33,246 bases of DNA from a bacterium (GTDB lineage: Bacteria; Zixibacteria; MSB-5A5; GN15; FEB-12), in NCBI GenBank assembly GCA_043811375.1, contig JBDRNJ010000032.1:1-33246 (forward strand), in the 5' to 3' direction. A program made the translations under genes and the position numbers. Below, piece after piece: positions 1-7,325 of this stretch (position 1 is the stretch's first letter; each line of letters begins with the position of its first letter). The notes under the pieces were generated by a model. It worked only from the letters and a program-made list of their open reading frames with translations. It was not told where the DNA came from and ran no database searches.

Positions 1-127
1 GCAGCGGGAACGAATCAAGACAGAAACAATCAGGAAACGGAGAGAATCATACCGAAAAGCCATTGCAATGAGGCAAAGTGTGTCTTAGCTTAAGGAGCAA
101 CGTGTCCGACTTGTTTGACGACATACA
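1..127 (+). mobile_element. Right end of an IS3-family element (transposase C-terminus and IRR)
   Basis: Frame 2 reads QRERIKTETIRKRRESYRKAIAMRQSVS* (stop 86-88), continuing the transposase cut at the window end (...AEILEQR). 102-127 (gtgtccgacttgtttgacgacataca) is an imperfect inverted match to the IS left end at 31872. Confidence 0.9.
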
Positions 128-175
128 GTCTTAACAAAAAGCCCATCCGTGTCCGACTTCTGCTGAACCGATACA
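128..175 (-). repeat. Inverted 48-bp copy of the IS3 left end
   Basis: Exact reverse complement of 31872-31919. Confidence 0.95.
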
Positions 176-176
176 C

Positions 177-1511
177 TTGGCTGTGGCAGAGCAGTTCGTA
201 GATGTAGAAACTGCTAAAACCGCGGGTCGCTTTCAGTTCCAAAGGATGATCTCATTTTTGAGAATACAAAAACAGGTCCGTACTGTATTGGTCGAAAAGA
301 CTGATAGGCTCTATAGGAACTTCAAAGACTGGGTGACGATCGACGAACTCGATATTGAAATCCACTTGGTGAAAGAGAATGTAGTCATCTCAAAAGATTC
401 TAAGTCCAGCGAGAAGATGGTGCACGGAATCAACCTCGTCGTAGCTAAGAACTACATTGATAACCTGTCCGAAGAAGTGAAGAAAGGTTTGGCTGAAAAG
501 GCAGCTCAGGGGAAATGGCCACACCGGGCACCTGTTGGGTACGTGAACAACAAGCTTACTCATACGATTGAGCCGGACCCGGAAAAGGCTACCCTCATAA
601 GGAGACTTTTTGAAGAATACTCCACCGGCGAAAAGTCGTTGGTACAATTATCTGAAATAGCCAAGAGTTCCGGGCTGTTCTCTCGCAATTCACAGGCAAT
701 CAACAAGGCCGGTATTCATCGCATTCTGGATAATCCACTGTATTTCGGAGAGTTTGTCTGGAAAGGAAAGCGATATACAGGCGACCATGAACCGATAATT
801 AGCGGGCGACTCTTCCAGAAGGTGCAGGACATTTTGCATAGTGATTCGAGCGGCAAGCGAGCCAAACGTGGATTTGCTTTCTCGGGATTGATCAAATGCG
901 GGATTTGTGGTTGTGCTATGACTGCCGAATTAAAGAAGAGGAAGTATGTGTATTACCATTGCACCCAATATCATGGCAAGTGCGGGAACACTTACATCCG
1001 TGAAGAGACCCTCGACAAGCTGTTCGCTGAGGTGGTGGACCGAGTGAAGGTGTCACCTTCCGCTGTGGAAGACATCAAGGCCGCACTCAAGGCCAGCCAG
1101 CGGGACCGAGTGACTTATCAGGCGGATATGATAAAGGCTCTCAGAAGAAGGCGAGACCACTTATCTCAGATGCTTGATAAGGCATACGAAGACAAGCTGT
1201 GCGGGAATATCTCTGAGGAGATGTGGATACGAAAATCGAAGGATTGGCAGGATAAACTCGATGAAACTAACGTCAGTCTAAGTGCATGTGATTCGGCCAC
1301 TGGCAATTACTACGATACTGGTGCCCGGATTCTCGAACTCGCTAATACAGCTTATAGTAGGTACTTAAAGCAGACTATGGATAAAAAAGCCAGATTGCTT
1401 CGTGAGCTACTATCGAACTCGACATTTACACGCGGAACCCTTTGTCCCACATACAATAAACCCTTTGACATACTTGCCAAAGGGACTGAAATGCAATCAA
1501 TGCGGGGTTGA
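177..1511 (+). pseudogene. Large serine recombinase, N-terminally truncated by IS
   Basis: Resolvase motif VEKTDRLYRN, recombinase domain (APVGY, ILDNPLYFG, HEPII), Zn ribbon (CGICG...YYHC...C) and coiled coil. The N-terminal YxRxS catalytic-serine motif is absent and the IS end abuts at 175. Confidence 0.88.
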
Positions 1512-1526
1512 CGAGACTCGAACTCG
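1500..1526 (-). other. att core: 3' fragment of a tRNA, probably tRNA-Asp (copy 1)
   Basis: Minus strand CGAG-TTCGAGT-CTCGT-CAACCCC-G-CA gives a T-arm, acceptor 3' strand and G discriminator. No D or anticodon arm is present. Confidence 0.8.
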
Positions 1527-1683
1527 ATCGGACGCGTTTTCGTAACCGACTACAACAAAGCGCCTTAGGGCGACAACTCGGCGGACGACAAGAGCTTGCA
1601 CAGTCGTTCTTCTTCAGTTTGGTTTAAATTGTTTTGAAGTGTTTTGAACTGTTTGTACGAACAGATGTCAAAAATACGTCAAA
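1500..1683 (+). repeat. 184-bp direct repeat, copy 1 (att core plus arm region)
   Basis: Ungapped match to 17850-18033; my hand count is about 150/184 identical. Confidence 0.95.
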
Positions 1684-1997
1684 TCGGTCGGTAGGCTCCA
1701 CTAATTGAACGGTTTGTCTTAGCAGAACCCCACACGGCACTCACTGGCTTGAGCCAACACCAGTGCCGGTCGATTTGACGTCTCACCCTATTGGCGATCC
1801 TACGATCTGAGAATCGGGAAGACGAAATGGACGCTACACTCTCGCCCTGATTATCGCATTTCAAAAATGGACAGGGATAGTGCCATACGTGATATTGTCA
1901 CTTATGTGGTGGAGATCAATCAGAGCCGAGGAAGGAAACCAAGGATGAGGTAGTTTATGCCGGAAACAGGAATTGCAGTACAGGAAGGAGGTTCGGT

Positions 1998-2642
1998 GTG
2001 TTCAATTATGCGACGCAAAGGCATTTGACTCACATCTTGCTCATCGACGCGGAGCCGGTGGAGATAATGCAGGAACTGGTGCAGAACGCCAGGCAACTCT
2101 ACAGTCATTTCTGCGAGATCGCGGGTAAGGATAGATACCACCACTACTCTTTGAGAATCGTCTTTCCGGAGACACGTACCGACTTAGCATCACCGGCTAA
2201 TGAACTGGTGTCTCGTCTGAAGCAGGAGGGGATTGACTGCGGTCTTTATGACGTCAAAGATGCAGACATGTTCTTGGTGAAAGGAAAGGCAGGTCTCTTG
2301 GTCTGCAGCCTTTGGCTTATGGCAGGTGCCGTCCTGCTGAACGATGTGCCATTGTCAACCGCGGATGCGGGCTCTCTTCTTACACTGGCCAATCGGGAGG
2401 AGGGTATTCATCTCTTGGATCGAGGTCTTCATGCGGCGTTGATTGGAAATCAAACTACAATAGACAACAAGCTTCTCAGGCTGCCAGCAGAGCATGATCT
2501 CAGTGATGTGTTGAGGACACTTGGCGCAGGAGAAAGACGCGGTCATATACGATTAGGCAGGACTTCGGACGGCTGCTTGCCCTTAGTGTTTGCCCTTGGA
2601 ATGCTGCTATTAACAGCGACCCTCAAATTATGGCTGGCGTAA
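1998..2642 (+). CDS. Hypothetical protein with C-terminal hydrophobic anchor
   Basis: 214 aa, strong RBS (ggaaggagg) before GTG, hydrophobic tail LPLVFALGMLLLTATLKLWLA. Confidence 0.7.
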   Translation: MFNYATQRHLTHILLIDAEPVEIMQELVQNARQLYSHFCEIAGKDRYHHYSLRIVFPETRTDLASPANELVSRLKQEGIDCGLYDVKDADMFLVKGKAGLLVCSLWLMAGAVLLNDVPLSTADAGSLLTLANREEGIHLLDRGLHAALIGNQTTIDNKLLRLPAEHDLSDVLRTLGAGERRGHIRLGRTSDGCLPLVFALGMLLLTATLKLWLA

Positions 2643-2773
2643 CATCAGACGAAGTTATGAGACAAGTACCACTGCGTGGAGCGGAATGTTCTGGTCCCAC
2701 TCTGACGTGGATCGGGACCCCGTTGTCGTAGACCAGCTAGAGTAGAGATCCTACGCCTTCGGGTCCGATAAGG

Positions 2774-2831
2774 TTGTAACGCTCAGGTTTAGCGGCGGCG
2801 CAGCGACGTCTGCTGCAACTTGTTGCTAGAC
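2774..2831 (-). other. Integron attC site (58 bp), last of the array
   Basis: Minus strand GTCTAGC-AACAAGTTGCAGCAGACG...CGCCGCTAAACCTGAGC-GTTACAA. Imperfect palindrome similar to attC 3750-3811, starting 16 nt after the ankyrin stop. R'' has AGC in place of AAC. Confidence 0.75.
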
Positions 2832-2846
2832 GGGTTTTCGCATGCG

Positions 2847-3281
2847 TCACCTTCGCCACTTCTTGCCATGTTTAGCCCCCTTCTCACGCAGCAAGTGAAC
2901 GACAGGAGGAAGCGTAGCAGCGATGCCTTCACGCTTGTAGTTTGCGAAGGCAGCGAAATCCAAAGGGGCGTCGCCGTTGTTGTCTAGGGCGTTGATGTCC
3001 GCACCATTATCAATGAGCAACGCCGCGACGTCCTCACTCGAGCTCGATGCAGCAATGTGTAGTGGAGTCATCTCGTGACTTTCACGACCATCGACTTCCG
3101 CGCCATTGGCCAGCAAATACTCTGCTACCTCCCGATGGTCAAAGCGTGCCGCCCAGTGCAGTGGCAGGAATCCCTCGTTATCTTTGACATTCACGAGTTC
3201 GGACTCGGCCGCAAGAAGGGACTTGACACGGTCCAAGTCTCCAAAGCGAGCAGCTCGACATAAACGGAAATCTGTTCTCAT
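2847..3281 (-). CDS. Ankyrin-repeat protein (gene cassette)
   Basis: GFLPLHWAA, MTPLHIAA and GDAPLDFAA repeats. Start moved to ATG 3281, after RBS ggag. Confidence 0.92.
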   Translation of the reverse strand: MRTDFRLCRAARFGDLDRVKSLLAAESELVNVKDNEGFLPLHWAARFDHREVAEYLLANGAEVDGRESHEMTPLHIAASSSSEDVAALLIDNGADINALDNNGDAPLDFAAFANYKREGIAATLPPVVHLLREKGAKHGKKWRR

Positions 3282-3297
3282 AGCTGCTTCTCCCTGC

Positions 3298-3726
3298 CTA
3301 GCCATCCCGCAGGGCGGTACGAGCGAAGTCCTCATGCTCGCTCATGCCCAGAGCTCGGAAGGTATTGGCCGCCTGCTGAAAATACTGCTTGGCCTCATTC
3401 TTGTCGGCGCGCTTGTGCAAATGGCCGAGTGCCATCAGCATGGTTGCTTCCTGGAGTCGGTGGCTACCTTGCCGGAAAAGTGCGAGGGCTTCGTCGTAAG
3501 CTTGCCGTGCCTCGCTGTCACGACCAGCCAGCGCATCCAGGAATCCCCGGCCTTTGAGGGCGTTACCCTTGCCCAGGAAGTCTGCATTGGTTTCGGCCAA
3601 GGCAAGAGCCTCATTGAACAGTCGTCTCGCCTTCGCCTCGTTGCCATGCACCGATAGCTCCCTCGCCTGGTGGAGGAGGGAACTTACTTTGACAGTTTCC
3701 GCTTTCACGTCGGAATCGAAGTCCAT
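3298..3726 (-). CDS. Small TPR protein (gene cassette)
   Basis: 142 aa from MDFDSD, with RBS aaggag just after the attC GTTAGGC. TPR-like helices GNALKGRG..EARQAYDEALALF and EATMLMALGHL. Confidence 0.85.
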   Translation of the reverse strand: MDFDSDVKAETVKVSSLLHQARELSVHGNEAKARRLFNEALALAETNADFLGKGNALKGRGFLDALAGRDSEARQAYDEALALFRQGSHRLQEATMLMALGHLHKRADKNEAKQYFQQAANTFRALGMSEHEDFARTALRDG

Positions 3727-3749
3727 GTGGTCTCCTTTCGTGGTTCTCT

Positions 3750-3811
3750 GCCTAACGGCTTCGGCATCAGCGGCGGAGAGCAGTGCCGTCTGCTGCATGC
3801 CGTTGTTAGAC
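3750..3811 (-). other. Integron attC site (62 bp)
   Basis: Minus strand GTCTAAC-AAC-GGCATGCAGCAGACGG...CCGCCGCTGATGCC-GAAGCC-GTTAGGC. Canonical RYYYAAC and GTTRRRY ends; GGCAT(G)CAGC pairs with GCTGATGCC with an extrahelical base. Confidence 0.92.
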
Positions 3812-3820
3812 GGTCGTTCG

Positions 3821-4501
3821 TCACGCGAAGGGGGACATGCTTCGCCGATCAACCTTCCATCGATTTCGTCTCGCCACTCGTTCCATTCCGGCAGCGAGGT
3901 CGTCAAGTTTGGAGCGAATTGGAGCACTGAAAAACCTCGTTGGAAACAAGCTCCTCGACCGATAATAACTCGTATCAGGGAAATCCAACAAACCACCCTC
4001 CCACTCGTAGTCCTTCGCCAGCAAGGGTAGGCTGGGGGAGAGTAGCGCTGCCGGATCTAGAACCAGATAGTGCACGCGTCGGTCGACGCCCACCTTGCGG
4101 ACAGTAATCATGCAGTAGTCAGGAACATCAGCGTCGAAACACTCTGCCAGCGTGACGAGGCGTCTCGCTCGCCAGCTCGTGAATGGTTCGTCATAGACGA
4201 GGACGGCACCTGCGGGTGGGTCACATTGGGATTGATAAGATCTGAGGAGTCCTCTCAAGCCCTCGAATTTGGCGGTCGGATCCCGAGTAGTCATAAGGGC
4301 GAAACGAATTCCACGTTGGGCGGACAGTGCGTTCAGCTCTGGCACGAGAACACGCTCCCAACCAAGGTCATCGTGCCACCAGGTCATCACGGTGAGGTCC
4401 CGAAGAGCAGGTGGTTCGAGGGTCAACAAGGCACTCTTAGCTAATGCCAGAATCTGCGGCGCAGGCTCGTCATCCCACAATACTACGGCATTCACGTTCA
4501 T
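3821..4501 (-). CDS. Hypothetical protein (first gene cassette)
   Basis: 226-aa ORF that fills the space between the attI-like site and the attC. Confidence 0.8.
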   Translation of the reverse strand: MNVNAVVLWDDEPAPQILALAKSALLTLEPPALRDLTVMTWWHDDLGWERVLVPELNALSAQRGIRFALMTTRDPTAKFEGLRGLLRSYQSQCDPPAGAVLVYDEPFTSWRARRLVTLAECFDADVPDYCMITVRKVGVDRRVHYLVLDPAALLSPSLPLLAKDYEWEGGLLDFPDTSYYRSRSLFPTRFFSAPIRSKLDDLAAGMERVARRNRWKVDRRSMSPFA

Positions 4502-4517
4502 CTGGTCTCGATCACAC

Positions 4518-4582
4518 GTCTAGCGACGGTTATGTGGGTTCCTCATAACACCTTTGGGCCATGACATCGCGGCATAACACCT
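4518..4582 (-). other. attI-like site
   Basis: Minus strand has two AGGTGTTATG direct repeats (4544-4553, 4573-4582), then CATAAC-CGTC-GCTAGAC just before the first cassette ORF. The layout resembles attI (DR2, DR1, L, R). Confidence 0.55.
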
Positions 4583-4845
4583 CTGCGTCAGGCTCGGCAT
4601 AGAGTGGCTCAGACAGGATCGCTTTAGCTACGAGTATAACATGGACAATATTGCTGATCTCATTAGCTTTCGCAAGCAATTGCCGTCACAAGCTACTGCG
4701 TTTGGGAGTTGAAATGGACCAAAGAATTCAGCCTCTCCGGTGGTACTCGATAGCTAATGACCATTAGGACCAGATACCAAGCAGACACTAAAGTCGAATC
4801 AAGCACTTGAACTTCCGGGGTCTCTCATGACTGCCGATTATCAAC

Positions 4846-4865
4846 GCCGTACTGCCCAGTACGGC
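4846..4865 (-). terminator. Possible terminator hairpin
   Basis: Perfect 8-bp stem gccgtact/agtacggc downstream of the 4945-5397 gene; weak U tract. Confidence 0.3.
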
Positions 4866-4944
4866 ATTCTACTGGCCGCTTGATACACTGCGCATCACCA
4901 CCGGCAAGACAAGGTGTTGACAGCTGCATGCACGTGTCAGGCGA

Positions 4945-5397
4945 CTATCCGCCTGCATTTAGCAGGTCGACGCTAGCAGTAAGGTATGCGATCAGAAGTT
5001 GAAATGAATGATACTCCTTGTCGCCACCCACCGCTTGAATCTTGGCGCCAAGTCTGTCGATCTCCCCCGAATCCCTCCTGGTCCCCGGGGCCAATAGAAA
5101 GCCGGCTGCGAGTTCTTCGGAATGGCGGGGATTGTCTAGAAGGGCGGATTCCTCCACCAAACTCACGATTCGTGAAGACACACTGGAGGAAGGCACGATC
5201 GGCATCCCCGGAATGACTTCTAAGTGCGAAGTTGAACCTGTTCGACTCTTCAAGCGAATCGCCTCTTTTAGCGCATTTACTGCCCTGTTGTCGCCACGGC
5301 GAGCTAGCCGGAGCGATTCCTCGAGAGCGTTGTCTCTAACCCCAACGTGTGTATCAAGGAGACCGTCGACCAAGCGTGCGGTCTTCTTCTTGAACAT
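4945..5397 (-). CDS. Hypothetical protein with N-terminal HEAT-like repeat
   Basis: RBS gagaggagg; LVDGLLDTHVGVRDNALEESL..GDNRAVNALKEAI. Confidence 0.75.
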   Translation of the reverse strand: MFKKKTARLVDGLLDTHVGVRDNALEESLRLARRGDNRAVNALKEAIRLKSRTGSTSHLEVIPGMPIVPSSSVSSRIVSLVEESALLDNPRHSEELAAGFLLAPGTRRDSGEIDRLGAKIQAVGGDKEYHSFQLLIAYLTASVDLLNAGG

Positions 5398-5569
5398 GCG
5401 TCCTCCTCTCCGTTAAGATCCAACTCCTGGCAATGTGATAACATGGTTTCGACACCCAAAAGCTAAACTCGCTTGCAGGACTGGAACACTGCCGAGTCGT
5501 CTCCCGGTGTAGTACCTTGTCACTGCTTTCCTCGCTTTGATGCGCGCCCACGCATATCTCGTTTCTTCA

Positions 5570-6232
5570 CTACACCGAGCCGAATTGCTTCTCAACACGC
5601 TCGGCAACATCTGGGAACTGCTGTGACATTTCCCTACGCTGCTCCTTTGAGAGCGGTGCGAAGGGGTTTTTACCCTCGCGCAGAAGCTGGAGCATGAAAC
5701 TCCGCATTATCGCCGTTTCTGCGATGCCTATGACACGTGCCACTTCATCGACATCTGGGCCATTATCAGAAAACCGAGCACCATGCTTCAAGAGGAATCT
5801 AACCATCTTGCGGCGCTCCTCTTGCTCGGACGGATCCATCGCCAGTCCCCAGGACGCGTATAGCCGGTCAGTAGGCAGCGCAGCGAAGACGTGTTTAAGC
5901 GCATTCCTGCCTTCGTTGTCCTCTACATTCACATCAGCTCCATTCTCGACCAAAAGGCAGAGCATTTCATAGTTGGCCGTTGCGGTAGCAATGTGAATAG
6001 GAGTCTTGCCATCTGAGGACTTAGCATTCACATCAGCGCCGTGCTTGATGAGCAGCAGTAGAATAGCCGGCGTGCTGTTAACTGCGTAATGGACGGGACG
6101 ACTTCCGCGCGAATCAAGGGGCGCATTTACGTCAAGTCCCGCTGACAGATGCTTCTTCACTTGCCGCAGATTTCCTTTGAGAATGGCGGCTTCAATGTGA
6201 TCGTGACTCAATCTTCTGCTGAAGATTGCCAT
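5570..6232 (-). CDS. Ankyrin-repeat protein
   Basis: GSRPVHYAV, GADVNAKSSDGKTPIHIA and GADVNVEDNEGRNAL. Start at MAIFSRR after RBS aaggagg. Confidence 0.92.
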   Translation of the reverse strand: MAIFSRRLSHDHIEAAILKGNLRQVKKHLSAGLDVNAPLDSRGSRPVHYAVNSTPAILLLLIKHGADVNAKSSDGKTPIHIATATANYEMLCLLVENGADVNVEDNEGRNALKHVFAALPTDRLYASWGLAMDPSEQEERRKMVRFLLKHGARFSDNGPDVDEVARVIGIAETAIMRSFMLQLLREGKNPFAPLSKEQRREMSQQFPDVAERVEKQFGSV

Positions 6233-6505
6233 GTGTACCTCCTTCACGGCGCAACTGTGATGGTATCGACCCGCATCTGACAACGATCAGGAGATCGCTG
6301 CCTGTCGGCAGAAGTGCTCTTCGGCGACTTATCAGACGTACGCTAAAAAACAGCTTCCGCAGATACTCTCGTTGCGCTCCTGGATTCATCTCGAAGTCCT
6401 GCACGGATCAGTTCGAAATCACTGGCTTCCAAGTCCACATCACGTTCCTACAGCGAGAGAGAGATCTCCCGCATTCACGAGAATCAGAGTCCATTTTGAC
6501 TGTCC

Positions 6506-6694
6506 TGGATTGCTCCTCATCTTTGAGCCAGTTCCGGTGAGAATTTACAGTTTCTTTGGACTGCTCCCCATCTTTGATCCAGTTCCAGTGAGAATTTACA
6601 TCTTCTTTTTTGATTATGCAACGGTGACCTCCGGGCGTTTGGATTCAGCTACAAACTCGGTTGGAGATAGGTTGTCCAGGGAACTGTCCGGTCT
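6506..6694 (-). mobile_element. IS3-family remnant with tandemly duplicated right end
   Basis: 6694-6614 reads RPDSSLDNLSPTEFVAESKRPEVTVA*, like the IS3 C-terminal RPHSSL...P.EF motif. Two 51-bp tandem copies (6506, 6557) start TGGA(T/C)TGCTCC. Confidence 0.7.
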
Positions 6695-6809
6695 ACTGTG
6701 ATTCTGGCCGAGCCCTGCGAACAAACGGCGGAATACCGCTCACGATCGCCGTAACTGTGCGGACTGCAACTGGCATTTTGTGTTCCCTTACTCGCTGCGC
6801 TGACGTCTG

Positions 6810-7325
6810 TCACGACGAGTTCCCCTTGAGTCTGAAGATCGGCAGTGACCTGAGGAATTCTTTGACGCTGCCCTTGGGTGGCGTCAACTCAAACTCTATC
6901 TCTGTATTCTTGTTCTTGTACTTGATTCTAAATCGCGTTGATAGCAACACGACGATGAGAAGCACTTGTGGAATGTCGATATTAGCGAGGATATCAGCAA
7001 GTGCGAATTCACCCCCCGCTTCCATTCCCAGGCCATCCAAGAGGCGCGTTACGGCTTCAGGTCGGCTCTCAGCATATCGCTCAACCAGTGATCGGAACGT
7101 CTGAACAAGAGCGAGATCGTCGGGTCTCTCGCGCAATGTATGGATTCCCAGGTCCTTAAGCAGCTGGTCGAGAGAAGGTGCAAATGTCTCCCTCTTTAGT
7201 TCACTCAAAGTGGTCTCTGCGATGATACCCCCCGCGCTCCTTCTCTCCTCGTTAAGAAGCCAGATGGTAAGGCGTGCGACATCCGCATCAGACAACCACG
7301 CTATCCTCTGCTGCAAGTCTGTCAT
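6810..7325 (-). CDS. CHAT-associated hypothetical protein (171 aa)
   Basis: ATG overlaps the CHAT gene stop (ATGA, 7322-7325). Helical N-terminus, then a hydrophobic segment, a basic beta-like segment and an amphipathic tail. Confidence 0.85.
   Translation of the reverse strand: MTDLQQRIAWLSDADVARLTIWLLNEERRSAGGIIAETTLSELKRETFAPSLDQLLKDLGIHTLRERPDDLALVQTFRSLVERYAESRPEAVTRLLDGLGMEAGGEFALADILANIDIPQVLLIVVLLSTRFRIKYKNKNTEIEFELTPPKGSVKEFLRSLPIFRLKGNSS

Noticed and set aside
1500..1526. Intact tRNA gene (also at 17850 and 29630)
   Set aside because: Only fragments are present; the adjacent sequence cannot complete a cloverleaf.
3727..3996. N-terminal extension of the 232-aa ORF
   Set aside because: It runs through the attC and overlaps the upstream cassette gene; a good RBS precedes ATG 3726.
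6506..6607. CRISPR or mini-array
   Set aside because: Two adjacent 51-bp copies with no spacer; better explained as duplicated IS ends. No cas genes.
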